A stretch of DNA of 64,000 nucleotides, taken from assembly GCA_010031735.1 (NCBI GenBank), contig RGZB01000001.1, forward strand, positions 6,168 through 70,167, given 5' to 3'. The notes beneath the pieces are model-generated. The model was not told the DNA's origin. It saw only the letters and a program-made list of their open reading frames with translations, and did not search any database. Below, in pieces: positions 17,081 to 28,938 of the stretch. The translations under genes were made by a program, and so were the position numbers. The DNA is from Pseudomonadota bacterium. Its GTDB lineage: Bacteria > Pseudomonadota > Alphaproteobacteria > Rickettsiales > RGZB01. The first letter of the stretch is position 1. Each line of letters opens with the position of its first letter.

Positions 17081-19729
17081 CTACGATTTCAATTGCTTCA
17101 GGCGATAGAGAATCTCTAAAGCTTCTTTCGGTGAGAGATCGTCCGGATGGATGCAGGCTAATTCTTTTTCAAGTAATGACTCTTCAGCTGGTGTAGGCTT
17201 CGCATTAAAGAGCGGCAAGGCCTTTGCAAGCGATTCCAGCTTGGCTTTCGAATCACCCTGCTCCAACTCTGCAAGCACCGCTTTTGCCCTGTCCAGCACC
17301 ACCGGGGGAAGCCCTGCGAGCTTCGCCACATGGATGCCATACGAACGGTCGGCATTACCCTTTGTAACCTCATGCAGGAACACCACATCACCCTGCCACT
17401 CCTTCACCTTCATGCTATGGCAGCTAAGCCCTTTCAGCGAATCCGTCAGGCTGGTGAGCTCATGGTAATGTGTAGCGAACAGCGTACGGCAACGCAGGAT
17501 GTTATGGATATATTCGATCACCGCCCAGGCAATCGATAAACCATCGAACGTCGCGGTACCGCGTCCGATCTCATCCAATATCACGAAGGAGCGTTCGGTC
17601 GCTTGGTTCAGGATCGTTGCGGTCTCGATCATCTCTACCATGAAGGTCGAGCGGCCACGCGCCAGATCATCGGCAGCACCGACGCGGCTGAACAGGCGGT
17701 CGACAATGCCGATCTCTGCATCGGCTGCCGGAACAAATGCACCCACCTGTGCTATCAGAACGATCAATGCATTCTGACGAAGGAACGTGGATTTACCTGC
17801 CATGTTAGGGCCTGTGAGCAACCACAGCTTTTGATGATCGACCAGCGCACAATCATTTCCGATGAACGATTCTTTAAGCAACTGTTCCACGACCGGATGG
17901 CGGCCTTTGCTGATAGTGAATGCCGAGACATCGGTCACTTTCGGGCATATATAGTTCTGCTCTATAGCCAGCATGGCGAAAGCAGCAAACACATCGATCT
18001 GCGCAAGCGCCTGTGCGGTCAGGGCTATATCATCCGCATTACTCATCACCGCGTTTATCAATTGCGCGAATATCTCAAGTTCAAGAGTAAGCGCGTTCTC
18101 TTTGGCATGCAGCACACGGTTCTCGAGTTCGCGGAGTTCCGATGTAGAATAACGGACGGCATTGGCCATCGTCTGGCGGTGGATGAATTCGACCGGCATC
18201 CTGGCCGACTGCTGCGCCGTCACCTCGATGAACATGCCGAGCACATTGTTCTCGAGCACTTTGAGTTTATCGATACCGGTCTCGGTACGGTATTTATCCC
18301 TGAGCGCTAGTTTTGCTATTTCGCTCTCCTCACGTGCGTTACGCGCCATGTCGAGCCGCGCATCGAATCCTTCGCGCACGAAATTTCCTTCACGCGCAAG
18401 GAATGGCACTTGGTCTTTGAGAGCTTCGGATAGCAGGCCGATGAGACGCGCATGATTGCCGAGTTGGTGGGTTAGCGAGATAAGGGCTGGCGGCACCCCT
18501 TCCCCATTTAACTGTTCCAACACCTCTGCCACATGCAGCGATCCATTCAACCCCTCCCGCAGGGAAAGCAGGTCGCGCGGGCTGCCACGTCCAACCGCGA
18601 TGCGGGAAAGTGCACGCTCTATATCCGGTATCCGTGATAAATGCAGGCGCAGGGCGGAAGCCACATCGGCACGCGCATGAAAGAACGCCACGATCTCTTG
18701 CCGGCTTTTGATCGCTTGCACGGAGAGCAGTGGGTGATTCAGTATGAATGCCAGCTGCCGGAAACCCGCAGAGGTCACCGTGCGGTCGAGCGCGTGGAGT
18801 AAGCTACCACGATATTCACCCGCAAGGGTCGCATTGATTTCCAGATTACGGCGAGTCGCAGGGTCGATCATCATATAATCGTGAACGATGAAGGGCTTCG
18901 GCAACTCGATACGCGGCTTCTGGCCTTTCTGCGTCAACTCTACATATTCTATAAGAGCACCGATGGCTGCAATGGGTGCAAGTGATTTAAAACCCATCAC
19001 CTCTGTGCTCGAAAGCCCGAAGAATTTCTTGATTTTGTTCTCGCCTCGTGTGGCATCGAAAAAACTATTCACATGCGAGGTGATAGCACCTTTCCAATCG
19101 GCAATCTGGGTTGCGACCTCACGTTGCTCAAGGAATTTTTCTGGCAGCAATATCTCTTTGGGTTGCAGGCGGGCAAGTTCGGTATTCACCGCCGCGCGGT
19201 CAATCACCCCAGCCTTGCATTCACCGGTCGAGATATCGACCCAGGCAAGCGCCACCTCACCCCTTACTTCCGTGAGCGCTGCCAGATAATTCGACTCCCG
19301 TGCCTGGAGAAGGTTATCTTCTGTTAAGGTGCCGGGAGTGATGATGCGCACCACCTCTCGCTTCACGACCGACTTGGCGCCACGCTTCTTGGCCTCTTCC
19401 GGTGGCTCCATCTGCTCGCAGATAGCCACTTTGTGGCCGGATTTGATCAATTTCTGCAGGTAAGGCTCATAACTATGGAACGGAACCCCGCACATGGGGA
19501 TATCGTTGCCGTCATGCTTGCCACGGCGGGTAAGCGCGATATCCAGCACTTCGGCCGCAATGATCGCATCATCGAAGAACAGCTCATAGAAATCACCCAT
19601 ACGGTAGAACAGCAGGTAATCCCGGTGCTGTTCTTTAATGGAGAGGAACTGTCGCATCATCGGTGTCGCCGTACTGATATCGGCGGGGCTCGGTGGCTCA
19701 GACTCTAGGTTTAGGGCGATATTTTTCAT
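17081..19729 (-). CDS. mutS: DNA mismatch repair protein MutS
   Basis: 882 aa with Walker A GPNMAGKSTFLRQ and the N-terminal mismatch-binding region TPMMRQF..GDFYELF. Confidence 0.97.
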   Translation of the reverse strand: MKNIALNLESEPPSPADISTATPMMRQFLSIKEQHRDYLLFYRMGDFYELFFDDAIIAAEVLDIALTRRGKHDGNDIPMCGVPFHSYEPYLQKLIKSGHKVAICEQMEPPEEAKKRGAKSVVKREVVRIITPGTLTEDNLLQARESNYLAALTEVRGEVALAWVDISTGECKAGVIDRAAVNTELARLQPKEILLPEKFLEQREVATQIADWKGAITSHVNSFFDATRGENKIKKFFGLSSTEVMGFKSLAPIAAIGALIEYVELTQKGQKPRIELPKPFIVHDYMMIDPATRRNLEINATLAGEYRGSLLHALDRTVTSAGFRQLAFILNHPLLSVQAIKSRQEIVAFFHARADVASALRLHLSRIPDIERALSRIAVGRGSPRDLLSLREGLNGSLHVAEVLEQLNGEGVPPALISLTHQLGNHARLIGLLSEALKDQVPFLAREGNFVREGFDARLDMARNAREESEIAKLALRDKYRTETGIDKLKVLENNVLGMFIEVTAQQSARMPVEFIHRQTMANAVRYSTSELRELENRVLHAKENALTLELEIFAQLINAVMSNADDIALTAQALAQIDVFAAFAMLAIEQNYICPKVTDVSAFTISKGRHPVVEQLLKESFIGNDCALVDHQKLWLLTGPNMAGKSTFLRQNALIVLIAQVGAFVPAADAEIGIVDRLFSRVGAADDLARGRSTFMVEMIETATILNQATERSFVILDEIGRGTATFDGLSIAWAVIEYIHNILRCRTLFATHYHELTSLTDSLKGLSCHSMKVKEWQGDVVFLHEVTKGNADRSYGIHVAKLAGLPPVVLDRAKAVLAELEQGDSKAKLESLAKALPLFNAKPTPAEESLLEKELACIHPDDLSPKEALEILYRLKQLKS

Positions 19730-19778
19730 AGACTATGGGCAAAGTAGAAAAAAGTGGAAGCCACTGCAAGCAAAGACT

Positions 19779-19807
19779 TTGACTAACCGGCCAACACTTG
19801 CTAGATT
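19779..19807 (+). promoter_or_regulatory. candidate sigma70-type promoter for maeB
   Basis: TTGACT (19779-19784), 17-nt spacer, TAGATT (19802-19807), about 60 nt upstream of the maeB ATG. Confidence 0.35.
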
Positions 19808-19866
19808 GCAACGCTTTTTTGAACCCCGACCTCCTTAAAAACAATTAATTACAGTGATATAAGCCC

Positions 19867-22179
19867 ATGACCAAAGTGAAGAAGAAAACTGCTAAACCGG
19901 CGAAGAAGGTTTCCGTAACCAAAGAGGATGCACTTCTGTTCCATAAAGAAGGCCGCCCGGGTAAAATCAGTATCACTCCGTCTAAATCACTGATCACACA
20001 GCGTGACCTCTCCCTTGCATACTCTCCGGGTGTTGCTTACCCCTGCATCGAAATCAATGAAAAACCAGAAACGGCATACGACTACACTTCTAAAGGCAAC
20101 CTTGTTGCAGTCATTTCAAACGGTACGGCCGTCCTCGGCCTCGGCAACCTCGGTGCGCTGGCATCAAAACCGGTGATGGAAGGTAAATCCGTTCTCTTCA
20201 AACGCTTTGCGGATATCGACTCCATCGACATCGAAGTGGATGTGGAAGATCCGGATAAATTCATTGAGTGCGTTCGCTACCTCTCTCCGACCTTCGGTGG
20301 TGTGAACCTCGAAGACATCAAGGCACCGGACTGTTTCATCATCGAGCAAAAACTCCGCGAGCTCATGAACGTTCCGGTATTCCACGACGACCAGCACGGC
20401 ACCGCGATCATCACCGCTGCCGGCATGATTAACGCAGCCGACATCACCGGCCGCCGCCTGGAAGATATCAAACTCGTCGTACTCGGTGCCGGCTCTGCCG
20501 GTATCGCATGCTTGGAACTCATCAAAGCCATGGGCCTCAAGAATGCCATCCTGGTTGATCGCTCCGGCGTCATCTATAAGGGCCGCAAGGACAGTATGAA
20601 CCAATGGAAGACCGCACATGCCGCTGATACGGATGCGCGTACGCTTGCCGAGGCACTGAAAGGTGCTGATGCATTTTATGGCCTCGCTGAAAAAGGTGCC
20701 GTCACGAAAGAGATGGTGGCTGGAATGGCGAAAAATCCGATCATCTTCGCCATGGCGAACCCGGATCCGGAAATCACGCCGGAAGAAATCCGCGAAGTAC
20801 GCGACGACGCGATCATCGCGACCGGCCGTTCGGATTACAACAACCAGATCAACAACGTGCTCGGCTTCCCATACATCTTCCGCGGCGCACTCGATGTACA
20901 TGCGAGCACGATCAACGAAGAAATGAAGATCGCTGCAGCAAAAGCAATCGCGATGCTCGCGCGTGAACAAGTACACGATGAAGTGGCTGCCGCTTACTCC
21001 GGTCGCAAAATGGAATACGGTCCGGAATACATCATCCCGACACCATTCGATCCACGCCTCATCTCCACCGTGCCGGTCGCCGTTGCGCAAGCAGCGATGG
21101 ATACGGGCGTTGCAAGGAAGCCGATCAAGAACATGTATAAATACAGACAGGAACTCGCTGCACGTCTGAACCCGAGTGCGAACAGCATGAACCTGATCTT
21201 CGAAGCGGTGAAGGTGAATCCGAAAACCGTTGTGTTCGCTGAAGGCGAAGAAGAAAAAACCATCCGCGCGGCATTCCAATGGCGTGATAACCAATACGGC
21301 TCCGCAAAACTTGTCGGTCGTATGGATAAAGTCGAAGAGACCATCAAACGTCTTGGCTACCGTGATATGGATGGTATAGAGATCATCAACGCAGCGAACG
21401 CCGAACATGTCGATAAATATGTCGACCTGCTCTACAAAAAACTACAGCGTAAGGGCTTCCTGCGTCGTGACTGCATCCGTATGGTGAAAAATGACCGTAA
21501 CATCTTCGCGTCATGCATGCTTGCGTGCGGGGATGGCGATACGATGGTCACGGGTCTTACCCGCGGTTACTATGATACGCTGGAAGACGTGAAGAAAGTC
21601 ATCCCGACGGAGAAAGACCGTATTTTATATGGCCTGTCCCTGATCGTGGCAAAAGACAGAAACGTATTTATTGCGGATACGGCCGTCAATGCCCTGCCGA
21701 ACGCTGAAGAACTCGGGAAGATCGCAGTCGAATGCGCACAAAAAGCCCGCCAGTTCGGTCACGAGCCGAGGGTTGCCCTCCTCTCCTTCTCGAACTTCGG
21801 TCGCCCGATCCATGAACGTACGGAGCGCGTCCGCCAGGCTGTCGAGATCATGGATTCCATGAAACTCGACTTCGAATACGACGGCGATATGTCCCCGGAT
21901 GTGGCATTAAATCCTGAATTATTAAAGCTTTACCCGTTCTGCCGCCTCTCCAAACCGGCGAACGTATTGGTCATGCCGAACCTCCATGCCGCGAATATCT
22001 CCTCTAAACTGCTGGATGAGCTCGAGAGCGGTATGCTGATCGGCCCGGTGCTGTCAGGATTCGAAAAACCGGTCCAAATCGCGACCATGGGGTCCACGGT
22101 TGCTGAAATCCTGAATCTGGCCGCCTTCGGTGCCTTAGAAGCAATCGAACAAGCCTCAAAACGCAAAGGAAAGGCTTGA
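19867..22179 (+). CDS. maeB: NADP-dependent malic enzyme (malic enzyme + phosphotransacetylase-like domain)
   Basis: 770 aa. The N-terminal malic enzyme domain has [10 protein letters not shown] and [11 protein letters not shown]. The C-terminal half is PTA-like. Confidence 0.92.
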   Translation: MTKVKKKTAKPAKKVSVTKEDALLFHKEGRPGKISITPSKSLITQRDLSLAYSPGVAYPCIEINEKPETAYDYTSKGNLVAVISNGTAVLGLGNLGALASKPVMEGKSVLFKRFADIDSIDIEVDVEDPDKFIECVRYLSPTFGGVNLEDIKAPDCFIIEQKLRELMNVPVFHDDQHGTAIITAAGMINAADITGRRLEDIKLVVLGAGSAGIACLELIKAMGLKNAILVDRSGVIYKGRKDSMNQWKTAHAADTDARTLAEALKGADAFYGLAEKGAVTKEMVAGMAKNPIIFAMANPDPEITPEEIREVRDDAIIATGRSDYNNQINNVLGFPYIFRGALDVHASTINEEMKIAAAKAIAMLAREQVHDEVAAAYSGRKMEYGPEYIIPTPFDPRLISTVPVAVAQAAMDTGVARKPIKNMYKYRQELAARLNPSANSMNLIFEAVKVNPKTVVFAEGEEEKTIRAAFQWRDNQYGSAKLVGRMDKVEETIKRLGYRDMDGIEIINAANAEHVDKYVDLLYKKLQRKGFLRRDCIRMVKNDRNIFASCMLACGDGDTMVTGLTRGYYDTLEDVKKVIPTEKDRILYGLSLIVAKDRNVFIADTAVNALPNAEELGKIAVECAQKARQFGHEPRVALLSFSNFGRPIHERTERVRQAVEIMDSMKLDFEYDGDMSPDVALNPELLKLYPFCRLSKPANVLVMPNLHAANISSKLLDELESGMLIGPVLSGFEKPVQIATMGSTVAEILNLAAFGALEAIEQASKRKGKA

Positions 22180-22252
22180 CTTAGGCCTGCACTTTAGTTA
22201 AAAAGGCGCTCCCTTAAGACATTATAACACTTTAGAGACAGATAAAAACCCT

Positions 22253-22627
22253 ATGGCAAATCATAGCGCGACTATTAAAACCATCCGCCAAGACGCGAAA
22301 CGCACGGCTCGTAACCGCCAGCGTAAGACCCACATCCGTGAAGCGGTGAAACAAGTGGAAAAAGCGATCCAGCAAGGCGACAAGCAAGCTGCTGGTAAAG
22401 CACTTATCGAAGCGCAAAGCCAGCTGCTCCGCGCAGTAAACAAAGGCATCCTGAAAATCGGTGCCGCTTCCCGCAAAATCGGTCGTCTGAACCGCCGCGT
22501 GAAGAATATCGGTACGGCACAAGCCGCTCCGGTTGCAGCCCCGAAAGCGGAAAAAGCTGCCGCTAAACCGGCTAAAGCTGCTGCTCCGAAGGCTGAAAAA
22601 GCAAAAAAAGCCGCTAAAGACGCGTAA
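22253..22627 (+). CDS. rpsT: 30S ribosomal protein S20 with an Ala/Lys/Pro-rich C-terminal extension
   Basis: N-terminal MANHSATIKTIRQDAKRTARNR.. is classic S20. The last ~40 aa are AAPKAEKAAAKPAKAAAPKAEKAKKAAKDA. Confidence 0.9.
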   Translation: MANHSATIKTIRQDAKRTARNRQRKTHIREAVKQVEKAIQQGDKQAAGKALIEAQSQLLRAVNKGILKIGAASRKIGRLNRRVKNIGTAQAAPVAAPKAEKAAAKPAKAAAPKAEKAKKAAKDA

Positions 22628-22660
22628 TTTAGCTTAAAAAACGTTAAAAAACAGACTATA

Positions 22661-23461
22661 ATGATGCCCATGAATCGTTCATTGGCGTTATTTCTGGCTG
22701 TTTTCTGCCTTCCACTGGCCGCCCACGCGCAGTTTAAACTGCCTACCGGGTACGATTTCAGCAAACTTCCACCCATGGGTAGTGGTAAGCCCGACCCTAA
22801 CGCTTTCCGTGGGGATATCCCACTCCGTGTGTTCGAAGTGCCACCGGATGTGCGTGCGTTTGTCGGTAAAGAGGAAACCTGTGCGAATTACATCCTGAAC
22901 CGCCGCAATTTTAAAGATAACCCTGCCGTTATGAAAGACCTGGATGGCAGTTTCACTACCATACAGTGCGACCAACTGCCCTGCGAGCGGAACCTCATTC
23001 TCGACAAACATAGAAGCGAACCGGATATACTGAAATTCATCTATACCTATACCGATGGTTCCGTACCTAATTGGACGCCAGGTGGCACGGGTCAGTACTA
23101 TGCTGACAACCTGTGCAAAGTACCGCTCGATCCGAACCAGCCGATGCCGATCAACCCCTACAGCACGGATTACGTGAAACGTACCACGCCGAAGGATGGT
23201 GAGAAGATCGATGATGAACTCGATATCACTGCTGCACAATTAAATGAAGTGCTGAACCGTATCGAGAAATTACCGCCAGAATCGGTAACCGACGATATCG
23301 TGAATAAGATCGTGCAGGATGTCAAAGCCGGCCGTGATTCCAAACTGCCGACTGCGCCAGTAGAAGAGCCAGCGCAACCCGGAGTACCGAAGAATGACGG
23401 CGGTGCGAATGGTCCGGCAGCGCCTGCTCCAGCTCCAGCGCCTGCGGCACCCACAAACTAA
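22661..23461 (+). CDS. secreted hypothetical protein with a Pro/Ala-rich tail
   Basis: Signal peptide MNRSLALFLAVFCLPLAAHA, 4 mature cysteines, and the C-terminal tail GPAAPAPAPAPAAPTN. I recognise no family. Confidence 0.6.
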   Translation: MMPMNRSLALFLAVFCLPLAAHAQFKLPTGYDFSKLPPMGSGKPDPNAFRGDIPLRVFEVPPDVRAFVGKEETCANYILNRRNFKDNPAVMKDLDGSFTTIQCDQLPCERNLILDKHRSEPDILKFIYTYTDGSVPNWTPGGTGQYYADNLCKVPLDPNQPMPINPYSTDYVKRTTPKDGEKIDDELDITAAQLNEVLNRIEKLPPESVTDDIVNKIVQDVKAGRDSKLPTAPVEEPAQPGVPKNDGGANGPAAPAPAPAPAAPTN

Positions 23462-23469
23462 TCAGCGTG

Positions 23470-24663
23470 TTATTTGGATAGACGGCGGAAGCCTTCGTCG
23501 AGATCGGCGATCAGATCTTCTGGCGCTTCCAGACCAATATGCAAGCGAATGGCGCTACCTTCTGCCTTCCATTTCGTTGCCGTGCGGATGCTCGTCGGAT
23601 CGAAGTACACCACGAGACTTTCATATCCACCCCACGAAGCACCAATACCGAAATGCTTATAGTGATCGATCATATTCGCGATCTGCTCTTCATTGTAATG
23701 CTTCTTCAGGATGAAGGTGAAAAGACCGCATGCACCGCTGAAATCACGCTTCCAGATTTTATGCCCAGCGTCACCCGGGAGTGCAGGATAAATCACGCGG
23801 GAAACTTCCTTGCGACCTTGTAGCCATTTTGCAACCTGCATTGCGGATACATAATGTTTATCAAGACGTGCAGAGAGTGTACGCAGCCCACGAAGTGCTG
23901 AGGCACATTCCGCTGGATTCACGCCAACGCCAAAATGGCGGATGCGTTGCTGCAGTGCTTTCACATGCTCTTTATTGCATGCGACCGAACCTAAAATCAC
24001 ATCCGCATGGCCACCGATATATTTCGTAATCGCTTGAATGGAAAGATCCACACCGTGTTTGATCGGCTGGTAATAAAGCGGTGTTGCCCATGAATTATCC
24101 ATCGCCGTGATCACGCCTTTTTTCTTCGCTACTTTCACGATGGCGGGAATGTCCTGCATCTCGAATGTCAGTGAACCCGGGCTTTCGAGCAGGATGAATT
24201 TCGTATTCTTCTTGATGAGCTTATCGATGCCTGCACCGATGAGCGGATCGTAATAGGTTGTCTCGATGCCCAAGCGCTTCAGTTCCTTGTTACAGAAGCG
24301 CCGCGTCGGGCCATACGCTGAATCGGATATCAGGCAGTGGTCGCCCGGTTCCAAGAAACTGAGGAGCGTAAAGGTGATCGCGGCCAGACCTGACGGATAG
24401 ATCAGGCAATGATCCGCCCCTTCCAGTTTACGGAGTGCATCCTGCAATGCGAAAGTCGAAGGCGTGCCGCCAAGACCGTAACTGAAATCGCTACCAGAAC
24501 TCAGTTCCTGTTCCTTATAGAATGGCTTGCCTGATTCCGCCTGCCGGTACGCTTTGAGCGACGGAAATACGATCGTGGAGGTCTGGTATACCGGTGGATT
24601 CACCGTGCCGGCATGCGCTCTTGGATTACGGCCAAGAGTCGTGAGTTCTGTGTCTTTTTTCAT
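23470..24663 (-). CDS. metC: cystathionine beta-lyase (PLP-dependent Cys/Met metabolism enzyme)
   Basis: PLP-lysine motif SIQAITKYIGGHADV. The start MKKDTELT overlaps the upstream ORF stop as ATGA. Confidence 0.8.
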   Translation of the reverse strand: MKKDTELTTLGRNPRAHAGTVNPPVYQTSTIVFPSLKAYRQAESGKPFYKEQELSSGSDFSYGLGGTPSTFALQDALRKLEGADHCLIYPSGLAAITFTLLSFLEPGDHCLISDSAYGPTRRFCNKELKRLGIETTYYDPLIGAGIDKLIKKNTKFILLESPGSLTFEMQDIPAIVKVAKKKGVITAMDNSWATPLYYQPIKHGVDLSIQAITKYIGGHADVILGSVACNKEHVKALQQRIRHFGVGVNPAECASALRGLRTLSARLDKHYVSAMQVAKWLQGRKEVSRVIYPALPGDAGHKIWKRDFSGACGLFTFILKKHYNEEQIANMIDHYKHFGIGASWGGYESLVVYFDPTSIRTATKWKAEGSAIRLHIGLEAPEDLIADLDEGFRRLSK

Positions 24664-25115
24664 TCGCTGAAGACCTTCCACGAAAGCCCGATCACAGCAT
24701 GTGTAATTCGGATACCATCACCGAAGGGCAGGATGCAGCTGCGGTATTTGATGAGCTGGTCCTCATCGTTCACAAAGTTACCTTGCTCCAGAATGGGGGC
24801 CGTTACATTCGGCAGTTTCTCATCGAGCTTATAGAGTACATTCGCACCCGGGATGGTCCGGATATCCATAGTGACTTGTCTTCCGACCAGGTTGTTTCCG
24901 TAAGCCTTGATCACATCCTCACCCATATATTCATAGGTGTAGGAATGCTTATTCATCGCCTTACGGACCATGATCCTGAGGCAGCTCGACCATAAATCGC
25001 TGATTTGGGAGATATCAAACGCCTCCACCTTGGGGATGGCGCCTTTTCCAGCCGCATGCCACGTTTCGACCATCCGTGCGGTCAACCTGCGTTCGCTGCC
25101 TTGCTTCTCAATCAT
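24660..25115 (-). CDS. small PAS_5-like (DUF1457-type) protein, paralog A
   Basis: 151 aa. It is alignable by eye to the 50990-51427 ORF (W..G..P...FD, YTY.GE..IK.FG, FVN....IK.R..LLP.G...IG..WK.F). Confidence 0.55.
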   Translation of the reverse strand: MIEKQGSERRLTARMVETWHAAGKGAIPKVEAFDISQISDLWSSCLRIMVRKAMNKHSYTYEYMGEDVIKAYGNNLVGRQVTMDIRTIPGANVLYKLDEKLPNVTAPILEQGNFVNDEDQLIKYRSCILPFGDGIRITHAVIGLSWKVFSE

Positions 25116-25181
25116 ACAAATCCTTCATCAAACCGTTGCAAGAATAGCCTTTTTCGGACATGATGCCAAAGAAATAATTAA

Positions 25182-26522
<1,341 letters not shown>

Positions 26523-26525
26523 TTA

Positions 26526-28937
26526 ATGGAACATCTGTTACTCACAAGCGACCTGGCGAAGATGTTGGTGGTTTTTGCCGCCCTTTCGCTAGTCGCGAGT
26601 ATCATGTGCCTGGTTCTCGGTCTTAAATACCGCAAGCTCGAGAAATCCATTAAATCCCCTCAGATCGGTAAAGAATCCCAAGCGGGTATCCTCAATGAAA
26701 CCGCTTTCTTCTATAAGAATGCAATCAATGGCCGTGAGATTTCCTCACAAGCGCTGGTGCGTTTATTGAAACTTCCGGATAGCACGACCTCCATCGACAA
26801 ACTCCCAACCTATTTCAATGAAGACGACGCGGCGAAATTCAAAAAGGGACTTTCCACGTTATCGGAAGGCAAGCGTATTTTCAGTGTGATGCTCGACGGC
26901 TCCAAAGGACAATATCCGCCCATGCTATGTGTCGGTAAGCGCTTCGACGAAGAGCCCGGCGAACTGAAAGCCATCATGATTTATTTCTACGATATCCCAG
27001 AACTGGTCAGCCAGATGGATGTCATCCGTAATGAAGGCGAAGAAGCAAGCGAACGCTACAAAGCGCTGCGTGTGATCTTTGACTCCTGCCCCTCACCCGC
27101 ATGGCAGCGCAATAGCAAGCTCGAGATCGTCGATTACAACGAAAGCTACGCCAAGGTGATCGGTAAAGAGAATATCAAGCCGAAAGAGCCGGTACCAGAA
27201 CTCCATAGCAATATCAAAAAACTGGCGGAACAGGCCGTCAAAAACAAAACGCCCGAGAAAACACGCCAGCATATCGTTTCAGAAGGTGAACGTAAATTCT
27301 ATGAGTGTACGGAAGTGCCGACCGCAGATGGCGGCACCTGTGGTTACAGCCGGGATGTTTCGGAGCTCGAAGTATTGCAGAATGAGTTGCAGAACTATAT
27401 CGAGGCGCAGGATCACCTCATGGAAAGCTCTGCAAGCGCCACGGTGATTTATGGCACCGATATGCGTATCAACTTCTTCAACAACGCCTTTATGAACCTA
27501 TGGCAGCTCGAGGATAGCTGGCTTACCTCCAAACCCACATATGGCGAGATTCTCGGCAAGCTCCGGGAACAACGCATGCTGCCGGAGCAGGCGGATTTCC
27601 AGGCTTACAAGAAGAAGCAGCTGGAGCTCTTTACCAGCGTGATCGATTCTTACGAAGAGTTCATGTACCTGCCGGACGGCAAAGTGCTCCGCGTGATCGT
27701 GATCCCGTATGCGCTGGGTGGCCTCCTCTTTTCATACGAGGATATGACGGAGAAGGTGACACTCGAGCGCAAGTACAACACCGAGATCGCGGTGAAAAAA
27801 GCGACCATCGACAACCTGAATGAAGGTGTCGCAGTGATTGCCGAGGATGGCCGCGTAAAACTCTTCAACCCCGTATTTGCCAATATGTGGCAACTCGATC
27901 CGGCGATGTTAGAAAAGATGCCGCACATCTCTGAAGTGCTCGACCAAACCAAGTTCTATTACGACTATGGTGAAGATTGGAACACTTTCCGCCAGCAAAC
28001 CATCGCGGGTTATTTCAAGCGCCATACCCAAGTGCGCCGTATCGAACGTACGGATGGTTCCGTGATCGAATGGGGCGGGGTACCGCTGCCCGACGGCGCA
28101 ACGCTTATGACCTATCAGGATATCACCGACTCCACCCTTGTAGAGCGTTCTCTCCGCGCAGAACGTGAAGCGCTGAAAGAAGCCGATAGCCTGAAGAGTA
28201 ACTTCTTATCCAACGTATCGTATGAACTTCGCTCCCCGCTCACCTCTATCAAAGGCTTTTCCGAAGTACTCTCTAAAGGCTATTTCGGCGCGCTGAACGA
28301 GAAGCAAAAGGATTATGTGGAAGGCATCTTTAATTCCTCGCTGATGCTCAATGCGCTCATCAACGACATCCTTGATATCGCCTCGATCGACGCAGGTTAT
28401 ATGACGCTCGATGTCAAGGAATTCGACCTCAAGAAGGCGCTCGAAGAAGTCACTCCGATGCTGAAAGAAAAAATGGATCACGAAAAAGTGAAGTTCTATT
28501 TCGAGAGCTCGAAAGATATCGGTAAAATACTGGGTGACGAGAAGCGTATCGGCCAAATCACCGTCAATCTCGTGAATAATGCACTCCGCTTCACCAAAGA
28601 AGGCGATAGCGTATCGCTTAAAATCGGCACGTTGGAACAAGACCGCGTATTCATCAGCGTGAAGAATACCGGCAAAGGTATTCCGGCCTCTGAGCTGCCG
28701 CACATATTCGAAAAATTCTATAAGACACAACGCACGGAGAATGACAGCAAGCATATCGGCACCGCGCTTGCACTGCCGGTGGTGAAAAGCTTCATCGATC
28801 TGCACGGCGGACGGATCGATATCGTATCGGACAGCGATAAAGGTATGGAGATCACCTGTACCCTGCACCGCTTCAATAAAGAATTACTGAAAAGCAAATC
28901 CTCCGGCGCTAAAAAGAAGAAAGCCGCAGCAAGCTAG
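26526..28937 (+). CDS. membrane-anchored multi-PAS sensor histidine kinase
   Basis: N-terminal TM helix and PAS-like repeats (FFNNAFMNLWQL / LFNPVFANMWQL). H-box is NVSYELRSPLTSIKG. N/G boxes are NLVNNALRFT, NTGKGIP and GTALALPVV. Confidence 0.9.
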   Translation: MEHLLLTSDLAKMLVVFAALSLVASIMCLVLGLKYRKLEKSIKSPQIGKESQAGILNETAFFYKNAINGREISSQALVRLLKLPDSTTSIDKLPTYFNEDDAAKFKKGLSTLSEGKRIFSVMLDGSKGQYPPMLCVGKRFDEEPGELKAIMIYFYDIPELVSQMDVIRNEGEEASERYKALRVIFDSCPSPAWQRNSKLEIVDYNESYAKVIGKENIKPKEPVPELHSNIKKLAEQAVKNKTPEKTRQHIVSEGERKFYECTEVPTADGGTCGYSRDVSELEVLQNELQNYIEAQDHLMESSASATVIYGTDMRINFFNNAFMNLWQLEDSWLTSKPTYGEILGKLREQRMLPEQADFQAYKKKQLELFTSVIDSYEEFMYLPDGKVLRVIVIPYALGGLLFSYEDMTEKVTLERKYNTEIAVKKATIDNLNEGVAVIAEDGRVKLFNPVFANMWQLDPAMLEKMPHISEVLDQTKFYYDYGEDWNTFRQQTIAGYFKRHTQVRRIERTDGSVIEWGGVPLPDGATLMTYQDITDSTLVERSLRAEREALKEADSLKSNFLSNVSYELRSPLTSIKGFSEVLSKGYFGALNEKQKDYVEGIFNSSLMLNALINDILDIASIDAGYMTLDVKEFDLKKALEEVTPMLKEKMDHEKVKFYFESSKDIGKILGDEKRIGQITVNLVNNALRFTKEGDSVSLKIGTLEQDRVFISVKNTGKGIPASELPHIFEKFYKTQRTENDSKHIGTALALPVVKSFIDLHGGRIDIVSDSDKGMEITCTLHRFNKELLKSKSSGAKKKKAAAS

Positions 28938-28938
28938 T

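Noticed and set aside
20164-21408. A 414-aa ORF antisense to maeB. Similar long antisense ORFs occur at 46426-47754 opposite rpsA, 43415-44281 opposite trpB/trpF, 30283-31176 opposite the MurU-like gene, 29396-30073, 53743-54483, 58520-59143, 37526-38137, 39908-40516 and 8113-8514.
   Set aside because: Each lies fully inside a gene with strong family motifs on the other strand. Their translations are Arg/His/Phe-rich low-information sequences typical of shadow frames in ~50% GC DNA. None has start or SD support.
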